Source: Gemmatales bacterium
GTDB lineage: Bacteria > Planctomycetota > Planctomycetia > Gemmatales > HRBIN36
DNA length: 64,000 bases
Direction: 5' to 3'
Assembly (NCBI GenBank): GCA_035430005.1
Contig: DAOMFV010000002.1
Location: 27,283-91,282 of the forward strand
Shown piece after piece: positions 45,189-53,114 of the stretch. Numbering within the stretch: the stretch's first letter is position 1; each line of letters begins with the position of its first letter. The position numbers were made by a program, and so were the translations under genes. The notes under the pieces were generated by a model. It had not been told where the DNA came from and did no database searches. It worked only from the letters and a program-made list of their open reading frames with translations.

Positions 45189-45718
45189 CTATTTCTGAGA
45201 CTTATCCGGGACTGGGTGGTTCTTTTGTACTTCAGAGTGCCCCAGTTCGACGAACTTGCTGACCACCTCAGCATGGGCCTGGATCAGCTTGGCAACGTAG
45301 GGTTGTGTTGAGATCTCAACCACTTTCACTCCCTTCTCTGTTTGCTCAACATTCATCGTTATGGACTTGGTGTTCCGGAAGATCGCCGCGAACAATGGAT
45401 CACGCAGATGAATACCGCGACCATCCTTGACACGTTTATGCATGGCTGCCACATGTTCCTTGATCTTGCTCGCCACTTCGGGTTTTTGGATTCCGTTAGC
45501 GTTTCGACACCACTCTCAATCATCTTGATTGAGCGACGTATTTCGCTTCGATGGTCAAGCAGGTAGTGGAAGACTTCTTGGTCATTCGCCATATTGCTAT
45601 CTTTTCTGCCGGGTCCCTGTATGGGAGCCCCAGGAAATGATGCTGCCATTGACGGTGCCTGAAAGCCGCAGAAAAAGATGCATGTTGTTGTCAGAGAGAA
45701 AGTAAAAGTCGTTCGCAT
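45189..45718 (-). pseudogene. Secreted His-containing protein split by a one-base frameshift
   Basis: GVETLTESKNP / EVASKIKEHVAAMHKR; frame change within AAAAACCC near 45480; internal repeat GVETLTES vs GVKVVEIS. Confidence 0.7.
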
Positions 45719-45746
45719 CGAGTTACTCCATTCGAAGAGGTAGGTT

Positions 45747-45923
45747 TCATGGCTGTTGCTCATGTATCAGAATCAACCCACCGCCTGCAAAAGCTGTCAC
45801 GACCAGGAACCAGGGATGCAAGGTCAAGGCGAGTATCGCCCCAAGCAAAGCAATCGTTCCCCAGAATACGAAGCTGCGCCGATGATATGACCAACGTGAA
45901 AACGAACTTCTGTGACTTTGCAT
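45747..45923 (-). CDS. Small two-helix membrane protein, YgaP-like
   Basis: Manual translation ...FVFWGTIALLGAILALTLHPWFLVVTAFAGGGLI; GGGGAG RBS. Confidence 0.55.
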   Translation of the reverse strand: MQSHRSSFSRWSYHRRSFVFWGTIALLGAILALTLHPWFLVVTAFAGGGLILIHEQQP

Positions 45924-45959
45924 AAAGGGCTCCCCAGTAAGCAGCTTCTACAAATCAGA

Positions 45960-46169
45960 TCAGATGGCGGTAGATGCTTTGGAGGATTGACGTCCGACCC
46001 CCAAATACCTCAGGATAATTTCCAATGGGCAGAAGTGAGTGAATGCTGACTGAAGCAGATTCACGCCGACAAAAGCTGTGAAGAGATACCAATAGGGAGA
46101 GTAAAGGTACCCTAACGCCAACGAGATAAGAATAAAGCTACCAGCGAATGCACGAATGATGTTTTCCAT
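45960..46169 (-). CDS. DUF2892/YgaP-like membrane protein
   Basis: IRAFAGSFIL, FVGVNLLQSAFTHFCPLE. Confidence 0.88.
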   Translation of the reverse strand: MENIIRAFAGSFILISLALGYLYSPYWYLFTAFVGVNLLQSAFTHFCPLEIILRYLGVGRQSSKASTAI

Positions 46170-46223
46170 GGTCAAGCTCCTTTTCTATGATCAGGTCACC
46201 TGTTAATGACCTTACACAGGAGT

Positions 46224-46248
46224 GATCCACAAAGCCCCTATAGGTTAC
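46224..46248 (-). promoter_or_regulatory. Putative ECF promoter GTAACC-N14-GGATC for the DUF2892-selenoprotein-RND operon
   Basis: gtaacc tataggggctttgt ggatc on the minus strand. Confidence 0.65.
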
Positions 46249-46273
46249 AGTGGAATATAGGTTTCTTTTTCTT

Positions 46274-46298
46274 GTAACCTTTTGCATGATCAAGGATC
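46274..46298 (+). promoter_or_regulatory. Putative ECF promoter GTAACC-N14-GGATC for the rhodanese-sigma operon
   Basis: gtaacc ttttgcatgatcaa ggatc. Confidence 0.65.
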
Positions 46299-46356
46299 AT
46301 AACGTACAGCTGATCAATTGATTGGTCACTTTTTCTTCAAGTAGGAGGCGGTTACT

Positions 46357-46746
46357 ATGCGTTCGTTGTGCTGTGGCATCGCTATGCTCTTCGGGTTTTC
46401 CTGCTTCGGACACGCTGCTGACCATACGAAAGACTCTTTGCAGACAGTCAAGAAAGGCCTGACAGACAAGAAAGCTGTTCTCGTCGATGTCCGAGAACTC
46501 GATGAATGGAATGATGGTCATCTAAAAGAAGCTAAGCATTTAGCCTTATCACAGATCAAGAATGGCATCAAAGACGAGAAGTTGAAAGAGCTCATTCCAC
46601 CGGGAAAGATCGTTTACCTGCATTGTGCTGCTGGTGGACGTTGCCTGAAAGCAGCTGATATGCTCAAAAACAAGGGCTACGACATTCGTCCACTTAAACC
46701 TGGATACGATGCGTTGATTAATGCAGGATTTGAGAAAGCTCCCTAG
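46357..46746 (+). CDS. Secreted rhodanese-domain sulfurtransferase
   Basis: LVDVRE..EW..GH, YLHCAAGGR. Confidence 0.9.
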   Translation: MRSLCCGIAMLFGFSCFGHAADHTKDSLQTVKKGLTDKKAVLVDVRELDEWNDGHLKEAKHLALSQIKNGIKDEKLKELIPPGKIVYLHCAAGGRCLKAADMLKNKGYDIRPLKPGYDALINAGFEKAP

Positions 46747-46805
46747 GCTATCATGAAGGAGCCAAATAGTCTGAAGGTGTAAATCCAGACTGGTAATGAA
46801 CCTTC

Positions 46806-47471
46806 ATGGTCAGCCACGCTCCAACGCCACAGCTCGATGCACTAGCCGATGAATGCTTAGGTCTATTGCGACAAGCTCAGTCAGGAGATTTCGCAGCGTT
46901 CGGTTTGCTGGTTGATCAGTTGCAGCAACGAGTGTTCGGATTGGCCTATCGGATTCTGGGTGAATCGCATGATGCAGAAGACGTGGCTCAGCAGACGTTT
47001 CTGAGCCTGATTGAGAATCTGGACAGCTTTCGAGGGGAGTCCACGGTTAGAACCTGGGTGCTACGTATCGCCGCCAATCATGCACTGAAGCTGCTGCGTA
47101 AACGGCGAGGCTTACCCACAGAACCGACGGGCGATACCAGCTATGCCGACATTCCGCATCCAGAGTTCATTGCGCCCTGGCGAGATGAACCGAGTGTGCT
47201 GGCTGAGCAACACGAAACACGAAAACTAATAGTCCAAGCGCTGACAGAGATACATGAACACTATCGAGAAGTGTTCATTCTGCGAGATATGGAAGGATTC
47301 TCGGTGAAAGAGACAGCAGATTTACTGGGCATCAGTGAAGCAAACGTCAAAGTACGTTTATTGCGTGCCCGGTTGGCCCTACGTGAGCGATTGACAGTAA
47401 GCCTGGGTGATGAAAAGGATCGTGTTATTCCAGATCATCAACATGTCTCCGCTCATGGTGAAACATCATGA
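46806..47471 (+). CDS. ECF RNA polymerase sigma factor
   Basis: DAEDVAQQTF, TWVLRIAAN, ETADLLGISEANVKVRLLRAR. Confidence 0.92.
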   Translation: MVSHAPTPQLDALADECLGLLRQAQSGDFAAFGLLVDQLQQRVFGLAYRILGESHDAEDVAQQTFLSLIENLDSFRGESTVRTWVLRIAANHALKLLRKRRGLPTEPTGDTSYADIPHPEFIAPWRDEPSVLAEQHETRKLIVQALTEIHEHYREVFILRDMEGFSVKETADLLGISEANVKVRLLRARLALRERLTVSLGDEKDRVIPDHQHVSAHGETS

Positions 47472-47740
47472 ACAACCAACCCGAACAAGGCATGACTTGC
47501 GAAGAGCTACTGAAAACACTCAACGAATACGTCGATAACGACGGATTGTCTGCAGCTTGTCAGGAATTTGCTGAACATCTTTCCGGCTGCAATCCCTGCC
47601 AGATCGTGGTTGATAACATCAGGAACACCATCAAGCTGTATCAGAATGGCCAGCCCTACCCGATACCTCCAGCCTTCTCCGCCCGTCTGCATCAAGCTCT
47701 TGCTGCTAAGTGGCGGGAGAAGTTTCCACAAACATCATAA
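47468..47740 (+). CDS. Soluble zinc-binding (ZAS, zf-HC2) anti-sigma factor
   Basis: C..L...L.EYVD, HLSGCNPC; ATGA coupling to the sigma gene. Confidence 0.88.
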   Translation: MNNQPEQGMTCEELLKTLNEYVDNDGLSAACQEFAEHLSGCNPCQIVVDNIRNTIKLYQNGQPYPIPPAFSARLHQALAAKWREKFPQTS

Positions 47741-47781
47741 CCTGCCAAGTAATCCCACCTCTTTCTGTTCCAAGGTGCCCT

Positions 47782-48489
47782 ATGAACCATCGTGCCTACG
47801 TGTTGATTCTGAGCTTGATAACGGTGATTGCTGCTTCGGCTCAGGAGAAAAGTGTAAAGCCAGGTATAAATGACGCCTTTCGTAACCCCAATGTGAAGGA
47901 ATGGGTCGAGAAGTTCGAAGGCGAAAGTCGTGAGACCTTTGAGAAGCGTAAAGAAGTGGTGGAAGCCTGCCAGATTAAGCCGGGCCAGGTGGTAGCCGAC
48001 ATCGGAGCAGGCACCGGGCTGTACACGAGGCTCTTCGCCAAGGAAGTAGACAACAAGGGAAAAGTGTATGCCGTTGATATCTCACAGAAGTTTCTTGACC
48101 ATATTGATAAAAGCTGTCAGTCACTGCAACTCAAGAACGTGAAGACGATACTCGGTAAAGATGCCTCCCCAGAACTGCCAGAGAACAGCATCGACATGGC
48201 ATTTATCTGCGATACCTACCATCACTTTGAGTTTCCCTACAAGATGCTTACTTCAATTCATCAGGCCATGAAACCCAAAGGCAGGCTGGTGATCATTGAT
48301 TTCATCCGCGTACCAGGACAAAGCCGCGAGTGGGTATTGGGACATGTGCGAGCTGGCCAAGACGTGGTAGAGCAAGAAATCATCAAGAGTGGTTTCAAGA
48401 AAGTGAATGAGGTCAAGTCTCTGTTCAAGGAGAATTACTTCGTGGTCTTCGAGAAGGCTGAAGAATCCAAAAGCAATAGCAAGCCATAG
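47782..48489 (+). CDS. Secreted class I SAM-dependent methyltransferase
   Basis: Signal peptide; VADIGAGTG, DTYHHF. Confidence 0.88.
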   Translation: MNHRAYVLILSLITVIAASAQEKSVKPGINDAFRNPNVKEWVEKFEGESRETFEKRKEVVEACQIKPGQVVADIGAGTGLYTRLFAKEVDNKGKVYAVDISQKFLDHIDKSCQSLQLKNVKTILGKDASPELPENSIDMAFICDTYHHFEFPYKMLTSIHQAMKPKGRLVIIDFIRVPGQSREWVLGHVRAGQDVVEQEIIKSGFKKVNEVKSLFKENYFVVFEKAEESKSNSKP

Positions 48490-48524
48490 GCCTGAAAGGT
48501 TATTTGACTTCTACTGAGAGCACG

Positions 48525-49886
48525 ATGTCACAATCGGTAATGCCGTCTCGACAGTTTGGCTTCTGGTCTGCCCATTTTGTGGTGATTGCATCCATGATTG
48601 GAGCGGGAATCCTGACGACCTCAGGATTCACACTTCGTGAAACAGGCAGTCCACAAGCACTCCTGGGACTATGGCTTCTCGGTGGTATCATGGCACTGGC
48701 TGGTGCTGTGACCGTCGCCGAACTGGCAACGATGCTGCCCAAAGCCGGTGGCGACTATCTTTATGTTCGTGAAGCCTTCGGCCCCGGGGCTGGTTTTGTC
48801 AGCGGCTGGTCAACTTTTGTTCTGGGCTTTGCAGCACCGACCGCCGTCGTGGCTTCAACTGCCATCAATTATCTTTTCACCTTCGTGCCTACTGAGTGGC
48901 TTGATACTTGGCCAAGCTGGCTGGTGACATCACGGATTCCACTGGGTGCAAGTATCATGATTGCCCTGGTGACGATTGGGCATTGCTTCGGCCATCGGCA
49001 AAGCTCCATCATTCAGGTGATATCAACATGTGTCAAGCTCCTGATCCTGTTTGGCCTGGCACTGCTGGGCCTACTGGTAGGCAAGGGAAACTGGAACCAC
49101 CTGTCACAAGGCGGAATGCCAACCTACGACCAGTTGCCGGCGCTGGGTGTAGGTTTGATCTACATCGGTTATGCCTACTCCGGCTGGAATGGTGCCAGTT
49201 ACCTGGCTGGCGAAGTACGTGATCCACGCAAACTCATACCACGGGCATTGATCACAGGCTGCCTTGTCGTGATTGGGCTGTATCTACTATTGAACCTGAC
49301 ATTTGTTTATGCACTTGATCCTGCCGAAATGAAGACGCTTCCCATGGATCAGGTAGCCAGGGTAGCAGAGCTTGCTGCATCAAGATTGTTTGGGTCTCAA
49401 GTCTCAACAGTACTATCGACATTACTTGGATTGACTCTGGTTGCTTCGGTCAGTGCCTATCTGCTGGCCGGGCCCCGTGTCATGTTTGCCATGGCACGTG
49501 ATGGCTACTTTTTCCGCTTCGTCGGCAGGTTGCATCCCCGTTACGACGTGCCTGTAGCATCAACCATTATGCAAGGCTTGCTGGCAATCTGCTTTCTCTG
49601 GTCAGGAACCTTCCTTCAACTATTGGATTACACATCAGTGGGTTTGGCAGCACTGTCCGGGCTCACGGTAGCTTGTGTTTATCCTTTGCGCAAGAGACGA
49701 GATCTTGCCGAAGCATATCGGATACCCTTCTACCCGTTGCCACCCCTGCTCTACTTGTGTTTGACACTTTGGACAGTAACTCAGGCACTGATGCAGTCAC
49801 AAAGTCGTTGGCCGACGGTACTTTCCCTTGCCACCATTGGGATCGGTATTGCACTTGGTTGGGCTATCAAAGGTAAACGGAAATAG
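48525..49886 (+). CDS. APC family amino acid permease
   Basis: MIGAGI, PKAGGDY.Y, AYSGWN, GEVRDP. Confidence 0.9.
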   Translation: MSQSVMPSRQFGFWSAHFVVIASMIGAGILTTSGFTLRETGSPQALLGLWLLGGIMALAGAVTVAELATMLPKAGGDYLYVREAFGPGAGFVSGWSTFVLGFAAPTAVVASTAINYLFTFVPTEWLDTWPSWLVTSRIPLGASIMIALVTIGHCFGHRQSSIIQVISTCVKLLILFGLALLGLLVGKGNWNHLSQGGMPTYDQLPALGVGLIYIGYAYSGWNGASYLAGEVRDPRKLIPRALITGCLVVIGLYLLLNLTFVYALDPAEMKTLPMDQVARVAELAASRLFGSQVSTVLSTLLGLTLVASVSAYLLAGPRVMFAMARDGYFFRFVGRLHPRYDVPVASTIMQGLLAICFLWSGTFLQLLDYTSVGLAALSGLTVACVYPLRKRRDLAEAYRIPFYPLPPLLYLCLTLWTVTQALMQSQSRWPTVLSLATIGIGIALGWAIKGKRK

Positions 49887-49900
49887 TGCTTGAACGGCGA

Positions 49901-50206
49901 TCAACCATGTCTACCTTTCGATAAATCCAATCGCAATACTTGTTCAGAGACCACGCCTTCGTGACGAGCAACGATCGCTCCATTCTTAAAGATCAGCAGT
50001 GCGGGAATCGCAGAAATGTGATAAGCCTGTGCAAGTGCCTGGTTCGTATCCACGTTGACTTTGCAGACTTTGTAATCTCTAGAGATCGATTCGAGCGTTG
50101 GATTCATCGCCCGACAAGGCCCACACCAAGCTGCCCAGAAATCGACCAGCACAGGCTCTGCTGATTGAATGACTTCTTTCTTCCAGTTAAACTCATGAAG
50201 TAACAT
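49901..50206 (-). CDS. Thioredoxin
   Basis: VDFWAAWCGPC, cis-Pro motif AIPAL. Confidence 0.92.
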   Translation of the reverse strand: MLLHEFNWKKEVIQSAEPVLVDFWAAWCGPCRAMNPTLESISRDYKVCKVNVDTNQALAQAYHISAIPALLIFKNGAIVARHEGVVSEQVLRLDLSKGRHG

Positions 50207-50394
50207 GACGTTTTCTCGCTGACCTATTATCCTTTTAGCTGCTTCTCCATTGTGGGCGTATGCACGCTGCAAATCAAGTATACTCTGTGTAAGACAATCA
50301 AACGAACCGGGAAAACTGAACGAGTAACATGATGGGGATCTACTCTACCCAATCGCACTGCCATCGCGGTAGCTATGCGTTCCTAGCACCAGAT

Positions 50395-50826
50395 TTATTG
50401 GATTAGCGTGACGAATGCCTGCTTCAATGCTTTTTGCTTGGGGGCAGGGAGAGTGCCCGGTTCGACGATGCTGATCATGGTCTTGCCGAGCACATGCTCG
50501 TCAGCAGCCAGGCGGAGTGACTTTTCCAGACTGCTCAAGCGATCCTTGCCCATCTGTTTGCTGAGCGAGGCACAAGCGAGTTCGATACGGTCTTTCTTTC
50601 CTGCATATTGCGGGGCGAGGAAGCAGATGCTGATATCCTTGCCATCGACAGCACCACGCAGACTTACGCCCCCTGCACCCCATTTGAGCGATCCACCTTG
50701 CTTGATCCAGGTGGCGATGAAGTCTCGAAAGTACGCGACGTTCGACGATTCGCATTCGGTGTAGAACTGATCCTCATCCATGATGCCTACACGGCACTTT
50801 GCTTTCTCGTCGTAGTAAGAAGGCAT
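50395..50826 (-). CDS. Hypothetical protein
   Basis: 143-aa ORF with AGGGG RBS. Confidence 0.6.
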   Translation of the reverse strand: MPSYYDEKAKCRVGIMDEDQFYTECESSNVAYFRDFIATWIKQGGSLKWGAGGVSLRGAVDGKDISICFLAPQYAGKKDRIELACASLSKQMGKDRLSSLEKSLRLAADEHVLGKTMISIVEPGTLPAPKQKALKQAFVTLIQ

Positions 50827-50931
50827 CGGATCAATCCCCTGTTTCAGAAGCGATTCGCTACATCCTTGTTGTAACATACCGCGCCTCAAATCGATGTCAT
50901 TCCATCTTTAGATGGTATTTCAATTAACCAT

Positions 50932-51507
50932 TCAAGCTGGACGTTGCATGACCAGCCCCCAATGCCAGGAGCAGCAGCACAGAGATTCGAAGCGAACCAA
51001 TTCGAGCCCGGCTTCCTCACCCCAAATCCGACATTGCTCTGCAGTAGGACGAATGGGCATCGAAGGTCCACGCGGAGTCTCTACATCAGTTCGCCAATGG
51101 ATAATCCCCGCTTTCCCCCCAGGCTGAAGGACACGATAGGCTTCTTTCAACAGGCCCACTGGATTCTCAATATGCAGAATGTTGAAGAGCATGGCGTAAC
51201 TAGCATGTGAATCTGGAAAGCCAGTGCCTTGCATTGCAAAGTCTCGTTCCACCGCTACTACATTTTCCAAACCTACTGATCGTGCTTTTGCCGCAGTCGC
51301 GTTTATCATCTCTTTTTCGATATCCAGCGCTATGAGCTTGCCCACAATTTGCTGAGCAGCTGGAATGGTAAATGTTCCGTAGCCACAACCAAACTCTACG
51401 ACATCACCGCACAGACCTGTGCAGTCCAGTTTGGCAATCATTCAACTCGGATTGAAAAAGGAATCCCAATACTCTTGATCGGGCATGCCACTTTCTCGTC
51501 CTTTCAT
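50932..51507 (-). CDS. Class I SAM-dependent methyltransferase with in-frame TGA at codon 22, candidate selenoprotein
   Basis: AAGGAG RBS then MKGRESGMPDQEYWDSFFNPS-TGA(51442-51444)-MIAKLDC; VEFGCGYGTF; C-terminal CCC. Confidence 0.75.
51406..51425 (-). promoter_or_regulatory. SECIS-like hairpin
   Basis: ACTGCACA-GGTC-TGTGCGGT starting 17 nt after the TGA. Confidence 0.68.
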
Positions 51508-51517
51508 GTGTAGCTCC

Positions 51518-51898
51518 TTACTCAAGTGGCTTGAATGCTATGATTCCCGTGAGAGTTTTTGCGACCGGGCATTTGACCGCAGCCTGGCGTAGTCGCTGCT
51601 CTTGCTCAAGACTTAGTTCACCATCAAGCTTCAATGAATACTGAAGCGTGACCACATCGGAAACAGAACGGTCAGCAGTTACTTCACACTCGACATTTAG
51701 CATGGGAAGTTGGTGCTGCTCTGCATACTTACTAACTGTAATTGTCATACACGTGGCCAATGCAGCTTCCAAAAGCTCGTGTGGGCCGAAGCCATTTCCA
51801 TTACCACCCTTTTTGAGAGGTACATCAGCAAACCCTGAATGACTTCCATTGGTAAATGCTGACCGATTAGTATCAGCAAAGCAGGATGCACGGATCAT
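51518..51898 (-). CDS. OsmC family protein
   Basis: GFGPHELLEAALATC ... KCPVAKTL. Confidence 0.9.
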   Translation of the reverse strand: MIRASCFADTNRSAFTNGSHSGFADVPLKKGGNGNGFGPHELLEAALATCMTITVSKYAEQHQLPMLNVECEVTADRSVSDVVTLQYSLKLDGELSLEQEQRLRQAAVKCPVAKTLTGIIAFKPLE

Positions 51899-52087
51899 TC
51901 AAAGCACCTATACATTGTTAACTTCTCTGAAAGATAACGACTAAGTGTTACCTTAGCTATCGTCGTTGCCAAAGAACAACGAAAGAAAACGATAAAGCCC
52001 GTACAAAAGACAGCTCCAACAAAGTCAATTAGGTCTTAGCCTTCTCTTGGCGGCTTACTCCCCTGGCTGTAATCTGGATTCAGGACA

Positions 52088-52315
52088 AACCACCGCCTGA
52101 GCAAATCGCCCGGCGGTGGTTGGGTGTCTTCATTACTGTGGCGATTTGCCTGCAGGAAGTTATTCGATCATTGCTGACAGGTCTTTGGTGACCGTCTCGA
52201 CGTCTTTCGCAGCGAACTTTTCGAATGCATGATTCGACTTGACCTTTTTACCCTTGTAAAGGTTTGCAGTCACGGCTGCTTCTTTGGCAATCTTGTAGTC
52301 TTCAGATCCTTTTGG
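52088..52315 (-). pseudogene. Diverged copy of the 3' end and terminator of the CxxU gene at 34885
   Basis: PKGSEDYKIAKEAAVTANLYKGKKVKSNHAFEKFAAKDVETVTKDLSAMIE* (52160..52315) plus a similar downstream hairpin. Confidence 0.85.
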
Positions 52316-52415
52316 TTGTCCGACCGAAGCGCTTTAGAAGTTTTACTACTTGATGAATTCCGGATTCCTCGCCAGAGCATCAATGAACTTTGATTACTGA
52401 TCATTTGCTCACAAG

Positions 52416-52448
52416 AAGTTCCCGCAAAGTTCCCGCAAAGTTCCCGAC
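52416..52448 (+). repeat. Three tandem 11-bp repeats, candidate integrase arm-type sites
   Basis: AAGTTCCCGCA x2 plus AAGTTCCCGAC; inverted copies at 52702..52721; degenerate direct copies at 52991..53012. Confidence 0.7.
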
Positions 52449-52580
52449 ATCAATAAACGTGTTTGCCTTTTCTCGCTTGTTTTTGCACTTTTTTGCACAA
52501 AGCTGATTGAGGGTGATATAACCAATATTAGCCTGGAAATCATGGGTTATTAACGTGTTTTCGCGTTCTTTCAGGGCAAA

Positions 52581-52622
52581 TCGACACGCTGGGGGTCACA
52601 GGTTCGAGTCCTGTAACGCCCA
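52581..52622 (+). mobile_element. 3' half of tRNA-Val(GAC), probable att site
   Basis: Anticodon loop TCGACAC, T arm ACAGG-TTCGAGT-CCTGT, acceptor 3' strand AACGCCCA; no D arm or 5' acceptor strand upstream. Confidence 0.8.
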
Positions 52623-53114
52623 CTCGATTTAAGTTGTCAGGTCGAAAACGGTTACGTTGTACCTTCAGGCGGTAGGAAGTGCGGCTCATGAACCAGGAAT
52701 CCGGGAACTTTCCCGGGAACTCCCTGATGAGCTGCACTTCATGGCCAAATCCATCAACATTCCTGCCTCTCGTCAGTAGTCGAAAGCCTGATGATATCCC
52801 TGCTTTTAATCAGAAGATGTTGGAAGTATTCGCTCATAGTCCAACAAGAAAAACGCTAGGTCGTTAGCCAAGCGTTTCGGACGTTCTTTCTTAACGTTAT
52901 CTGTCGAGTCGGCGGCGCAGCATGACCTGCTTAAATAACTGATACCGAGCATTTCATAGAACTTGAAGGACTGATCATTTTGCCCTGCAAAAGTTCGCGC
53001 AATGTTCCCGACATCGATAAACGTAGTTGGGAGATTCGTTGGTCATTTGCTGGGAACTACCTGAGGCGGCAAGAACCGAAATTGAATGCCTATGCAGCTC
53101 GGTTGGAGCATGCC

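Noticed and set aside
45470..45495. Programmed -1 frameshift
   Set aside because: C AAA AAC is not a canonical X XXY YYZ heptamer, and similar homopolymer losses occur elsewhere in the window
25719..51507. Alternative genetic code (UGA = Trp or Gly) as the cause of the in-frame TGAs
   Set aside because: Long genes contain no internal TGA, Trp is TGG, many genes end in TGA with ATGA coupling, and the internal TGAs fall mostly at Cys-type positions
52416..52448. CRISPR array
   Set aside because: 11-bp tandem units with no spacers and no cas genes
52540..52630. Intact tRNA or tRNA-Sec
   Set aside because: Only the anticodon loop to acceptor 3' strand is present; the anticodon is GAC and there is no long variable arm
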